Shown here: in pieces, positions 1 to 9,615 of the stretch
How positions within the stretch are numbered: position 1 is the first letter of the stretch
How the letters are laid out: each line of letters begins with the position of its first letter
Assembly: GCA_944363505.1 (NCBI GenBank)
Contig: CALVUD010000002.1
Coordinates: forward strand, 210,516 to 274,515
DNA length: 64,000 nucleotides
Direction: 5' to 3'
Origin: an uncultured Clostridia bacterium
GTDB taxonomy: Bacteria; Bacillota; Clostridia; Christensenellales; DTU072
Translations under genes and position numbers: made by a program
The notes under the pieces: generated by a model
The model's database searches: none
Told to the model about the DNA's origin: nothing
The model's input: only the letters and a program-made list of their open reading frames with translations

Positions 1-1
1 G

Positions 2-3000
2 CTATTCGTCATCCTCATCCTCCGACGAAGAAGCGCCGTTCGCGCTCGGAGTTCCTTCCGCGTCCATATCCTTTCCGAATATGTCGTAGAACTCGTCCAA
101 AGTTATCAGTATTTCTCTGGTCTTGGCGCCGTCCTGAGGACCTATAAAGCCTCTCGCCTCCATTTCGTCGACGAGTTTTTTGGCTTTTATGTATCCCACT
201 CCGTGCTTTGCCTGGGCGTTGGATACCGAGGCTCTGCCCTCGATGATGAACGATTTTAAAATTATCCTCAGCTGTTGTTCGAAGCTCGCGTCTCTCGCTT
301 CCTGCGGGTTGACGGCGGCTTCCTCGGCGGGGGCGGGCGGCTCGTAAGTTATGCTCTGGAGGATCGAGTCGTCATAGTCGCATTCGTTGTTCGCCTTGAT
401 ATAATCGACGATGTTCTTTATCTCCTGAATGTCGACGAACGCGCCCTGAAGCCTTAAAATATTCGCGGGGAAGGAATAAAGCATATCGCCGTTGCCGAGC
501 AGATCTTCGGCGCCGCCGTCGTCCATGATCACGCGCGAATCGAGGTTTGATTTTACCGTAAACGCCACGCGGTGCAGAATGTTGGTCTTGATCAGTCCGG
601 TTATGACCTGCGCCGTCGGACGCTGTGTCGCGATTATCATATGTATGCCGCAGGCTCTCGCCAGCTGTGCCAGTCGCACGATGTTTTCCTCGACGTTGTT
701 GTTTTTGGATTTGACCATAAGGTCCGCCATTTCGTCGATGATCAGCACGATCTTGGGCATCTTCGGTTCGGTGGCTTTGTCGCGGAACACGTCGTTATAC
801 TGGTCGATGTCCCTGCAGCCCACCTGCTCGAAGAAACTGTAACGCCTGTCCATTTCCTCGGTCAGCCACTTCAGCGCGTTGGCGGCGTGTCTGGATTCCT
901 TAACGGGTTCTTTCACCAAAAGGTTCGGCAGACCTTTGTATATGCTCATCTCCACGCGTTTGGGGTCTATCATGACGATCCTGACGTCCTCGGGAGAATA
1001 CTTGTAAAGTATACTGATGATGACGGAGTTCAGGAACACCGATTTACCGGTACCCGTCGCGCCCGCGACCAAAAGGTGCGGCATCTTGGCGAGATTGGCG
1101 ACGTAAGGCTGTCCGTCGAAGCTTTTGCCCATCGCGATCTTGATCCCCGAGGAATCTTTGTTGAACGCTTCGCTGCAAAGCAAAGATTTCAGCCCGACTA
1201 TGTCGCGTTTGGTGTTCGGGAGTTCTATTCCGAATGCGTCCTCGCCCTCTATCGGCGCGAGTATTCTGAGGTTTTTGACCCTCAGGCGCATTTTGAGGTT
1301 GTCCTTCAGCGCCGTAACCTTGTTTATCTTGTAACCGTCGCCCAGCTTCAGATAATACATCGTGAACGTCGGTCCGCGCTTTGCCGTTTCGACCACGGCG
1401 GGAACGTTGAATTCCTGCATGGTCATCTCGATCTTTTCCTTCATCTCCTGATAATCGGAGGGGAATTCGCTACCCGAGGATCCGAAGTCGTTCAACAGAT
1501 CGTAAGGCGGCGCTTTATAAGGCTTGGGCACGTAAGGCTTTTTGGGCGCGGAGGGGAACATACCCTGTTGCTCCGCCGCGGGAGAAGCCGAGTCGGGAAA
1601 TTCGGGAGCCGCTTCTTTTTTCAGAGCGTCCGATTTAAATTCGGGCTTTTTCTCGCGCTTTACGCTTACGGGCGCCTCCCTCTTTTCCGGTTCGGGACGG
1701 CGCGATACGGCTGGAGGCACGACTTTGGCTTCGATAGCCGTGTCCGCGTCCGCCGCGGTGATCTTCTCGTCCTCTTCTTCCAGTACCTTGCCGAAAATGT
1801 TACCGCTGCGGAATTCGTCGTCCGACATCGGTTTTAACAGCCAGTCCTTGGCACTGCCGGAATAAGGTTTTTCAGCCGGGGCGGGCGCGGGCGAAGGCGA
1901 AGGACGAACGGGTTCGGGACGAGGCTCGGGGCGGTATCCGTCTACTGAACCCGCGGGGTTATACATGGGTCCGGGTCCGGGCGCGTTCACGCGGTAAGCG
2001 CTATCCGCTGCGCGCGGAACGGAAACCGTATCCGACCTGTACGCGTTTTCGCGATTCACCGTTTCGGGAGCGGGCTGCCGGGAAACGGGAGCAACGTCGC
2101 CCTCTTTTATCTCAAATCCGTACTGATCGTAACGCTTTTGCGGCATAACGGGCATCGCGGGACGCAGGTTTTCGGTCTGACGGTACCCCGAAAGATTGTC
2201 GCTTTCCTGAGTTACGGGTTGCTTATAAAGCTTGTCCAAAGCGCTCTCCGGTTCTTCCTCCTTTTCGGGAGCGGGAGCGCGGTAAGTTTCGGATTCCTGT
2301 CTGACGGGAACCTCGTACAGCGAAGGACGTCTGCTTTCCGCGGGAGATTTTTCCGCGGGAACGGTTTCCTCGGGAGCGCCGTAGCGCTTTTTATAATCGT
2401 CGGGATCGGAAAAGTCTATGATCCCCTGATTTGTGTATGGATGGACGTCGAAAGCGCTGATGAACCTTTGACTCTTTTCCTTATCGCTCATCGGCTGTTC
2501 GCCGTTGAAAAGTATGCTGTGCGCGTCGCTCTTGGAGCGTCTTTCGGGTTCGATCTCGCGGCGGTATCTGTCCGAATCCATTCCCGTAACGTTGATAAGA
2601 TCGGAGTCGTTGTCCGTTCCGACGGGACGCGAAACGCTCGTCGTGCCTATATAAGGTCTGACCGCGACGTCGTCGCCGTCGCGGCGTTTAGAGGCGGTAT
2701 AAGAAGCGGGACGCGCGGATTTTTTGCCGGAACCGAGGCTCACGACGAACGGATATATCGCAAAGAACAACAACGTCGCCGTCAAAATCAGAGAAACTAC
2801 CAACATGAACGCGTAGTTGGGATATATAAGATGCAACAACGCCGCGGGCAACCCTATCATCACTCCGCCGACCGTATGCGCGGAGTATGTCGCGCTGAGA
2901 TAATTGCTCTGTCCGACAATACTTTCGGATAATCCGACGTGCAAAGTAAGTATCGCCGCAAACAGCAAGGTTATGTACAAAGCCGCGCGCCCCTTGCCGA

Positions 3001-3193
3001 CTTGCAGCCTGCGCCCCGAATACATTAACGCGCCGGTAAGCAACAACGCGGGTATGTAAGCGTAAACGGCATAGCCGAAAACGCCGTACAAAAATTCGCG
3101 CGTGGCGCTGAAGAACGTAAGTATCGTCATCAACGCCGCAAAAGAAAATACGATATACGACGCCGTTCTGGCGCCTATCTTATTTGTTTTCAT
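2..3193 (-). CDS. ftsK: DNA translocase FtsK/SpoIIIE
   Basis: 1063-aa ORF. N-terminal polytopic membrane segment, long Pro/Glu/Ala-rich linker, C-terminal motor with Walker A GATGTGKS and IVLIIDEMADL, and a winged-helix-like tail. ATGA overlap with the upstream peptidase gene. Confidence 0.95.
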   Translation of the reverse strand: MKTNKIGARTASYIVFSFAALMTILTFFSATREFLYGVFGYAVYAYIPALLLTGALMYSGRRLQVGKGRAALYITLLFAAILTLHVGLSESIVGQSNYLSATYSAHTVGGVMIGLPAALLHLIYPNYAFMLVVSLILTATLLFFAIYPFVVSLGSGKKSARPASYTASKRRDGDDVAVRPYIGTTSVSRPVGTDNDSDLINVTGMDSDRYRREIEPERRSKSDAHSILFNGEQPMSDKEKSQRFISAFDVHPYTNQGIIDFSDPDDYKKRYGAPEETVPAEKSPAESRRPSLYEVPVRQESETYRAPAPEKEEEPESALDKLYKQPVTQESDNLSGYRQTENLRPAMPVMPQKRYDQYGFEIKEGDVAPVSRQPAPETVNRENAYRSDTVSVPRAADSAYRVNAPGPGPMYNPAGSVDGYRPEPRPEPVRPSPSPAPAPAEKPYSGSAKDWLLKPMSDDEFRSGNIFGKVLEEEDEKITAADADTAIEAKVVPPAVSRRPEPEKREAPVSVKREKKPEFKSDALKKEAAPEFPDSASPAAEQQGMFPSAPKKPYVPKPYKAPPYDLLNDFGSSGSEFPSDYQEMKEKIEMTMQEFNVPAVVETAKRGPTFTMYYLKLGDGYKINKVTALKDNLKMRLRVKNLRILAPIEGEDAFGIELPNTKRDIVGLKSLLCSEAFNKDSSGIKIAMGKSFDGQPYVANLAKMPHLLVAGATGTGKSVFLNSVIISILYKYSPEDVRIVMIDPKRVEMSIYKGLPNLLVKEPVKESRHAANALKWLTEEMDRRYSFFEQVGCRDIDQYNDVFRDKATEPKMPKIVLIIDEMADLMVKSKNNNVEENIVRLAQLARACGIHMIIATQRPTAQVITGLIKTNILHRVAFTVKSNLDSRVIMDDGGAEDLLGNGDMLYSFPANILRLQGAFVDIQEIKNIVDYIKANNECDYDDSILQSITYEPPAPAEEAAVNPQEARDASFEQQLRIILKSFIIEGRASVSNAQAKHGVGYIKAKKLVDEMEARGFIGPQDGAKTREILITLDEFYDIFGKDMDAEGTPSANGASSSEDEDDE

Positions 3194-4458
3194 AGCTCCT
3201 CCTCGGAAGCGAGCAACAGCTCCCTGACGTTCACGGAAGCGTCCTTTGCCACGAAAGACGCCGCTACCTTGTCAAAATCAAACGTTTCTTCTATAACTTC
3301 GGTTACGTCGGAGAGAGTAACCGCTTCGATCTCGGTCAAGACTTTGTCAACGTCGTATGTTTGTCCGGACAATACGTAAGCTCTGCCCGCCGCCCGCATC
3401 AGCGCGGTCGCGCTTTCGGAGCCTAAAACCGTGCCGGTCTTGAGCTGTTCCTTGGCCTTTCTCAGTTCCTCCTCCGTTACTCCGCGTTTCATGCCCGATA
3501 TTTCCTCGGCAACGGTTTGAACGGCTTCCCGCACGCTTTCCGGATTAGTACCGAGATAGATCTCCAAAACTCCGTCGTCCTTTGCCGCGCCGGGCAACGA
3601 ATACACGTCGTATGCAAGCCCTTTCCTTTCCCTGACGCTCTGGAACAATCTGGAGGACATTCCGCCGCCTAATATGTTCGACGCGATCTTCAGCGGAACC
3701 GCACGCCGGTCGGAATACGCGTATCCCGGGAAAGCCATGGCTATGACAGCCTGTTCTATCTGCTTTTCGACGCCGACGTATCCGTAAACGGGCGCGACCT
3801 TTTCCATCGTCGCGCATTCCCTGACGTTCGTAAACAGCGAATCGAAATATTTTTCCGCGAGTCCTGCCGCGCGTTCGTATTCGATTTTTCCCGCCACGGA
3901 AATGACGGTATTGCGAGCGCCGTAATGCAGTTTCATGTATTCGCGTAATTCCGCGGGTTTGAAGGAACGCACGTTTTCAGTCGTGCCGAGAATGGGTCTG
4001 CCCTTTGCGGTATTTCCGTAAAGCGCCGTACTCAGAGCGTCGAAGCACACGTCGTCGGGATCGTCGAGACTGCGGTGGATCTCCTCGATGACGACTCCCT
4101 TTTCGCGTTCGGCTTCCTCCTCGGGAAAAGTCGAACGGAAAAAGATGTCCGACAGTATCTCCATACAATCCTCGGCGTGCTCGTAAGTGGACACCGTATA
4201 AAAAGAGGTCATCTGCCTGGCGGTAAAAGCGTTCATCTGTACTCCGAGCGATTCCGCCTCCCTGGCTATGTCGAAAGCCGTCCTCTTTTCCGTGCCCTTG
4301 AAAAGCATGTGTTCAATAAAATGCGAAATGCCCGATTGCTTCTCCGATTCGTAATCGGCTCCGCAACCCACATATATCCCTATCGCAACGCTTCTGGTGG
4401 AATCCGTTCCGTTATACAACAGCGTCGAGCCGTTAGGCAATTTTACAATTTTTTCCAT
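3190..4458 (-). CDS. M16-family zinc peptidase (insulinase-like)
   Basis: HxxEH zinc box in HFIEHMLFKGT. Start moved from the track start (4515) to ATG 4458 (MEKIVKL) because a GGAG Shine-Dalgarno lies 5 nt upstream. Confidence 0.85.
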   Translation of the reverse strand: MEKIVKLPNGSTLLYNGTDSTRSVAIGIYVGCGADYESEKQSGISHFIEHMLFKGTEKRTAFDIAREAESLGVQMNAFTARQMTSFYTVSTYEHAEDCMEILSDIFFRSTFPEEEAEREKGVVIEEIHRSLDDPDDVCFDALSTALYGNTAKGRPILGTTENVRSFKPAELREYMKLHYGARNTVISVAGKIEYERAAGLAEKYFDSLFTNVRECATMEKVAPVYGYVGVEKQIEQAVIAMAFPGYAYSDRRAVPLKIASNILGGGMSSRLFQSVRERKGLAYDVYSLPGAAKDDGVLEIYLGTNPESVREAVQTVAEEISGMKRGVTEEELRKAKEQLKTGTVLGSESATALMRAAGRAYVLSGQTYDVDKVLTEIEAVTLSDVTEVIEETFDFDKVAASFVAKDASVNVRELLLASEEEL

Positions 4459-4570
4459 TATTTCTCCTGAATAAGCGCGCATCGTGTCCGCACTACGCGC
4501 ACGCAACACATACACGAAAATAGTATACTACATTTATTTAATAAATACAAGCGCGCGATATATTTTACCG

Positions 4571-4596
4571 AAAAAAGAAGCGTCCTCTGCGGACGC
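4571..4596 (-). terminator. Rho-independent terminator after the deacetylase gene
   Basis: GCGTCC-N5-GGACGC hairpin followed on the minus strand by TTCTTTTTT. Confidence 0.6.
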
Positions 4597-4614
4597 CCCG
4601 TTTTATTTCGCGAT

Positions 4615-5325
4615 TCACGGCCGTTCCGTTCCCACGTTCACGCCGACGCTCACCGCTTTAAAGCCGTTTCGTGAATAATATTCGAGTATCTTAGGCAGCG
4701 CCTGTAAAGTGTGCGCGGTCGGGTGCATCAGTATCAATTCGCCGTTTCGGATATCCGAAGTCGCTCTGGCGTATACCAAATCCGGATTTTTATCGCGCCA
4801 GTCCACCGTGTCGCGCGACCATAAAATTACCGAGTAGCCGAGTTCTTCGGCGGCCGAAAACATCGCGTCGCCTATCGATCCCGACGGCGGAGCGAACAGC
4901 GAAATCTGTTTCCCGGTCAATTCCTCGAGCAGCTTCTCGGCGGGTACCATTTCGTCCAGGTTACGTTCGTAACTTAAGTTCTCCGCGTCCTTATGGTTAT
5001 ATCCGTGCGAGCCTATTTCGTGCCCCGCTTCGGATATTTTTTTGACCAACGAATTGTTCTTCGCCGCCCACGAGCCGCCTATGAAAAAGGTGGTCTTGAC
5101 GCCGTAGCGCGCCAGGACGTCGAGAATGTCTTCTATGTATTCCGTACCCCAGTAGACGTTGAACATCAGACTGACGTAAGGCGTTTCGCCGCTGCCGCGG
5201 TAAACGGCGTAATTTTTGCCGACCGCTTCCATAGCGCCCGCGCCGTTAAGAGCGAGAACGGTTATCACCGCGATAATCACCGTTACGGCGACGACGTTGG
5301 CTATCAACACGCTTTTTTTGGACAT
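4615..5325 (-). CDS. Polysaccharide deacetylase (NodB domain, PdaB-like), membrane anchored
   Basis: N-terminal TM helix, then NodB-type motifs TTFFIGG and HEIGSHGYNH. Confidence 0.8.
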   Translation of the reverse strand: MSKKSVLIANVVAVTVIIAVITVLALNGAGAMEAVGKNYAVYRGSGETPYVSLMFNVYWGTEYIEDILDVLARYGVKTTFFIGGSWAAKNNSLVKKISEAGHEIGSHGYNHKDAENLSYERNLDEMVPAEKLLEELTGKQISLFAPPSGSIGDAMFSAAEELGYSVILWSRDTVDWRDKNPDLVYARATSDIRNGELILMHPTAHTLQALPKILEYYSRNGFKAVSVGVNVGTERP

Positions 5326-5352
5326 TATTTCCTTCCGTTTATATTTATTATA

Positions 5353-5381
5353 TTGACATTTCTTTTTAATATGTTTAATAT
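5353..5381 (+). promoter_or_regulatory. Sigma-A-type promoter for glyQS
   Basis: TTGACA (5353-5358), 17-nt spacer, TAATAT (5376-5381). AGGAG RBS before ATG 5430. The leader is too short for a T-box. Confidence 0.5.
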
Positions 5382-5429
5382 TATTTCGTCTAAAGAAATT
5401 CAGTATCCCTTTACGGGAAAGGAGATATT

Positions 5430-6815
5430 ATGGCAAAACTGACAATGGATAAGCTGGTCGCACTCTGTAAAGGCAGAGGATTCGTCTATTCCGGCAGCGA
5501 AATTTACGGCGGACTCGCCAACACCTGGGACTTCGGACCTTTGGGCGTACTGCTGAAAAACAACATAAAAGCCGCCTGGTGGAAAAAATTCGTCCAGGAA
5601 AGCCCGTACAACGTCGGGCTGGATTCCGCGATTTTAATGAATCCGGAAGTATGGGTGGCGAGCGGACACCTCGGCGGATTTTCCGATCCGCTCGTAGACT
5701 GCAAAAACTGCAAATCCCGCCATCGCGCGGACAACCTGATAGAGGATTACCTGAACAAAAAAGGCGAAAAAGCCAATATCGCTGGTTGGACGAACGAACA
5801 GCTCGAAGCGTTCCTGAAAGAACACTCCGTGCCCTGCCCCGTCTGCGGTAAAAGCGATTTCACTTCGATAAGAAAGTTCAATCTTATGTTCAAAACTTTC
5901 CAGGGCGTTACCGAAGACACCGCTTCGACGGTGTATCTGCGCCCCGAGACCGCTCAGGGCATTTTCGTGAACTTCAAAAACGTACAGCGCACTTCGCGCA
6001 AAAAAGTGCCTTTCGGCATCGCCCAGATCGGAAAATCCTTCCGTAACGAGATAACTCCCGGAAACTTCATTTTCCGCGTCAGGGAATTCGAGCAGATGGA
6101 ACTGGAGTTTTTCTGCAAACCCGGCACGGATCTCGAATGGTTCGAATACTGGCGCGCGTTCTGCCGCGACTGGTTGCTCGGTCTCGGAATCAAAAAAGAT
6201 AATCTTCGCCTAAGAGATCACGACAAGGACGAACTTTGCTTCTATTCCAAAGCCACCACTGACTTTGAATTTTTGTTCCCTTTCGGCTGGGGCGAACTGT
6301 GGGGCGTTGCCGACAGGACCGATTACGACCTCACTCGGCACGCCGAGCACTCGGGCAAGGATCTGAACTATATCGATCCCGTGACCAACGATAGATATAT
6401 CCCCTACGTCATCGAGCCCTCGCTGGGGGTGGAGAGAATGACCCTCGCCGTACTCTCCAACGCATACGAAGAGGAAGAGCTGGAGGGCGGAGACACTCGC
6501 GTCGTAATGCGCTTCCATCCCGCGCTGGCGCCCGTAAAAGTCGCCGTTTTACCCCTGCAAAAACAGCTTAACGAACGTGCCGAAGCACTCTATGCGGATT
6601 TGTCAAAACAATTCATGTGCGATTTCGACGCCGCGGGTTCTATCGGCAAACGTTACCGCAGACAGGACGAAATCGGCACCCCCTATTGCGTCACCGTCGA
6701 TTTCGACACGCTCGAGGACGGCACAGTGACCGTCAGAGACCGCGACACGATGGCGCAGGAAAGGATCAAAGCAGACGAACTTAAATCGTATCTTGCGAAT
6801 AAACTGGCATACTGA
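5430..6815 (+). CDS. glyQS: Glycine--tRNA ligase (dimeric class II form)
   Basis: 461 aa. The N-terminus [34 protein letters not shown] is typical of GlyQS. Confidence 0.95.
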   Translation: MAKLTMDKLVALCKGRGFVYSGSEIYGGLANTWDFGPLGVLLKNNIKAAWWKKFVQESPYNVGLDSAILMNPEVWVASGHLGGFSDPLVDCKNCKSRHRADNLIEDYLNKKGEKANIAGWTNEQLEAFLKEHSVPCPVCGKSDFTSIRKFNLMFKTFQGVTEDTASTVYLRPETAQGIFVNFKNVQRTSRKKVPFGIAQIGKSFRNEITPGNFIFRVREFEQMELEFFCKPGTDLEWFEYWRAFCRDWLLGLGIKKDNLRLRDHDKDELCFYSKATTDFEFLFPFGWGELWGVADRTDYDLTRHAEHSGKDLNYIDPVTNDRYIPYVIEPSLGVERMTLAVLSNAYEEEELEGGDTRVVMRFHPALAPVKVAVLPLQKQLNERAEALYADLSKQFMCDFDAAGSIGKRYRRQDEIGTPYCVTVDFDTLEDGTVTVRDRDTMAQERIKADELKSYLANKLAY

Positions 6816-6838
6816 AAAATTCCGGAGGAGGTTTACAT

Positions 6839-7864
6839 ATGTACAAAGTTTCCAAAAAGGGTTGGATAGAAGCGGGTATCAGCTTCGGCATCTTTGCCGT
6901 AATAGCGGTTATCGCCGCGTTCTACGACCTTCAGATCAATAAGGCTCTGTACGCGCCCGGTTGCCCTTACGCGCAATTTTTCGACAATCTGGGCGAAATG
7001 CCGACCTATTTCGCCGCTCCCGTCGCGGGAAGCATTCTGTTTTGGCAACGCTTCGGCAACACCAAAAAACAACACTTGCTGATTAAGATTCTGGGCGCGG
7101 GCGTTGTCTACTGCGGATATCTGGTGGCTATCGGCGTATGGTTTTTCGGCAACTTCTTTGCCGACGAAATAAAATATCAATGGGTTTACGCGGTATTCTT
7201 CGCGGCGATAATGAGCGCGCTGACCATAGCGGCGTTTTCAAAAATCCCCGAAAAGACCATGAAAAAACTGTTCTGGTTCGCCGTATTCCTCGCGGCTTGC
7301 GCGATACTGGCAAACGCTATCGTTCAGATCATGAAGTTTATCTGGGCGCGTCAGCGTTTCCGCACGATGACCCCCGGCAACCCCAAGACACCCGACGCGC
7401 TACTCGCGCTGTATCCCGGATACGATTACGACGGCTTCACGCCCTGGTATATGATAAACACGATCATCAAGCCCGAAATCAGGACCGACGCCTATGTTGC
7501 GCTGTTCAAATCGGTTGACGACGGCGCGTTCGTATCCTTCCCGTCGGGTCATACTTCGGCGGCGTCAACTTCTCTTGCGCTGATAATAATCCCCGAACTT
7601 TTCCCTAAAATGCGCGCCAAAAACCGCAAATGGATGTTCTGGGTATTTCCCCTTATTTATACGGGACTGGTCGCGATAAGCCGCATAGTGATGGCTGCCC
7701 ACTACCTTAGCGACGTATTGTTCGGATACTTTATCGGATTCGGCTCGGCGGCGCTGCTGAGAATAATAATGCTGAAAGTATTTTCCAAAAAAGGAATCTC
7801 TTTCGAAGAAGATCAGTCCGCCGTTATCACGCTTACGGAAGAAAGCGTCGAACAACTGAAATAG
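6839..7864 (+). CDS. PAP2-family membrane phosphatase
   Basis: Polytopic membrane protein with PAP2 boxes FPSGHTSAA and SRIVMAAHYLSDV. Confidence 0.75.
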   Translation: MYKVSKKGWIEAGISFGIFAVIAVIAAFYDLQINKALYAPGCPYAQFFDNLGEMPTYFAAPVAGSILFWQRFGNTKKQHLLIKILGAGVVYCGYLVAIGVWFFGNFFADEIKYQWVYAVFFAAIMSALTIAAFSKIPEKTMKKLFWFAVFLAACAILANAIVQIMKFIWARQRFRTMTPGNPKTPDALLALYPGYDYDGFTPWYMINTIIKPEIRTDAYVALFKSVDDGAFVSFPSGHTSAASTSLALIIIPELFPKMRAKNRKWMFWVFPLIYTGLVAISRIVMAAHYLSDVLFGYFIGFGSAALLRIIMLKVFSKKGISFEEDQSAVITLTEESVEQLK

Positions 7865-7888
7865 CATTTATTAATCGGATTCAACGAT

Positions 7889-7923
7889 AAAGGCGCCGCG
7901 AAAACGCGGCGCCTTTAATTTTT
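7889..7923. terminator. Hairpin terminator between convergent genes
   Basis: AAAGGCGCCGCG-AAAA-CGCGGCGCCTTT followed by AATTTTT. Sits between the PAP2 stop (7864) and the lipoprotein stop (7937). Confidence 0.7.
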
Positions 7924-7936
7924 CCCGTTAAACGGT

Positions 7937-9577
7937 TTAATCGACAGGCAGGCTGTCGCTTACCGTAAAGAACGATCCAGAAACGTCCAGAGTCACGTCG
8001 AAAGCGGCGTCGATCACGTACTTCGACAAATCGATTCCCGCTTCTTTAAGTTTGCTTTCGATCTGCCCTGTTCCGCGGTAAGATCTTTGCAGACAATCAT
8101 AAAGTCCGGTCATATCCAGTCCCAAAAGATTTTTGAAAAATACGGAATCGAGCTTAAAGGAAATCAGACTGTCGTCGATATTCAGCATCGAAAACACGAA
8201 CGCAAGCGACTCGAAAGTATTCATAATATCTCTTTTGTCAAAATAATTATCGATGAGACATTGCAGAAAATCCGTAAAGTACGCTTCCGTTTCGAATACG
8301 CCGGTTTTCACGGAGCCGCTCTCGTCGCGCTCCATTACCGACAGCTTTAAAATATTATCCGCGTAATTCAATTCGAAAGGAATGAAGTTTGCGTCGTCGG
8401 GGTCTGTAATTTTGAGAATTATCGTATCGTCGTTTCCGCCTGAATCCATACCCGTATATTTAAACGACAAACCGATATCGTAATCTTTGCCTCCGAGCAG
8501 CGTTCCGTCCGCAAAACGCACTACGCCGTCCACGCTTACGAAACGGGAATCGTACATATAATAGTCGTCGAACTTAGAGTCGTTCCTGTATGGCATTACG
8601 CTTTCGTCCAGAGCAGCGGCTTTTACGTCCAGTTTGTTCAGACCTATGCTGATCGAATACGCTTCCCCGCCGAAAACCGTGTTTTTATTGTCGGATTCGC
8701 TGACGTCCAGAATCATATCGAGCGCGGAAATTTTTCCAGTCCCCTCCCCGTCCGTGCGTATTCCGCCCGTGGTGGTAAATTCGAGTTCGAGAGCCGCAGG
8801 AGGCATTTCGGCCGACAGTCTATCCGAATTGACGCCGAAAATCGCGCCTATCAAAGCTTTGATGTCGGCGGTGTATTCTTCGTAATCGTTTTTGGTAATG
8901 AAATTGACGAGATTGACGAGAGAACGTTTCAGGTCTATATTCGCGGTATAGCTTCTGGTGCGCGTTCCGTTTGACTCGTCTTTATATTTGTACGTCAAAT
9001 CGTAAACGACAAGACTGGAATTCAACACGGACGACAAAATCGTCGTATCGAGACTTCCGAACGGCAACATGTCCGCAAGCGAGGAATTGTACAGAGGAAT
9101 CTCGATCTTGTTGCCGCTTACGGACACGAACAGTTCGTCATAAGATGAATCCGCACCCGAATAAAGATAAATTTCTATAAACGGAGAGCTTGAACCCGCA
9201 CGGGTTACTATGAATCCCGTTCTGGTCGCCCCGGCAGAACCCGATTCGGATTTTTTCAGATCGTAATCGGAAATGAATAAAAGCGTGCTTTTTGAATCGT
9301 TGATCTTTAAATCCGCAGAAACGTAAATCGACGCGTTAGGCCTTGAAGACGTGATCTGCGAAGAATTGACGGGTCTCAACGCCGAAACAATGCCGCCGAT
9401 CAGGTCTTCGGTCATCAGGTCGATATTTGTTTCGCCTTTTACGAAGCCGTCGCTGTTTTCTTCGGTTGACGGCGTGTTCGGCTTGCCTCCCCCCGTCGTA
9501 TCGCATCCCGCCGAAACGATCAGCACCGCTATAAGCAACGCAACGACCGCAAATATCCATATTGTTTTTTTCCTCAT
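7937..9577 (-). CDS. Hypothetical lipoprotein (546 aa)
   Basis: Start set at MRKKTIWIFAVVALLIAVLIVSAGC (ATG 9577, GGAG RBS upstream). Has a lipobox Cys. I recognise no domain. Confidence 0.6.
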   Translation of the reverse strand: MRKKTIWIFAVVALLIAVLIVSAGCDTTGGGKPNTPSTEENSDGFVKGETNIDLMTEDLIGGIVSALRPVNSSQITSSRPNASIYVSADLKINDSKSTLLFISDYDLKKSESGSAGATRTGFIVTRAGSSSPFIEIYLYSGADSSYDELFVSVSGNKIEIPLYNSSLADMLPFGSLDTTILSSVLNSSLVVYDLTYKYKDESNGTRTRSYTANIDLKRSLVNLVNFITKNDYEEYTADIKALIGAIFGVNSDRLSAEMPPAALELEFTTTGGIRTDGEGTGKISALDMILDVSESDNKNTVFGGEAYSISIGLNKLDVKAAALDESVMPYRNDSKFDDYYMYDSRFVSVDGVVRFADGTLLGGKDYDIGLSFKYTGMDSGGNDDTIILKITDPDDANFIPFELNYADNILKLSVMERDESGSVKTGVFETEAYFTDFLQCLIDNYFDKRDIMNTFESLAFVFSMLNIDDSLISFKLDSVFFKNLLGLDMTGLYDCLQRSYRGTGQIESKLKEAGIDLSKYVIDAAFDVTLDVSGSFFTVSDSLPVD

Positions 9578-9615
9578 ACCCCGTTTCTCCTTATCAACGC
9601 CCGTCTGCGGAACGC

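Noticed and set aside
572-1837. 421-aa antisense ORF inside ftsK, and similar ones at 13842-14993, 25417-26133, 33900-35006, 36024-36536, 53325-54341, 55649-56494 and 57310-58023.
   Set aside because: Those whose phase I checked (inside ftsK and ppdK) are codon-aligned shadow frames of well-supported genes; I assume the rest are the same. They have no RBS, and their composition (R/G/F/V-rich) is typical of antisense translation.
4459-4515. 19-codon N-terminal extension of the M16 peptidase in the track ORF.
   Set aside because: There is no RBS before 4515, whereas GGAG precedes ATG 4458. The family N-terminus begins near MEKIVKLPNG.
5326-5429. T-box or other riboswitch upstream of glyQS (and of proS at 11705-11847).
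   Set aside because: The leaders are only tens of nucleotides long after good promoters. There is no specifier-loop or T-box (AGGGTGGNACCGCG-like) sequence.
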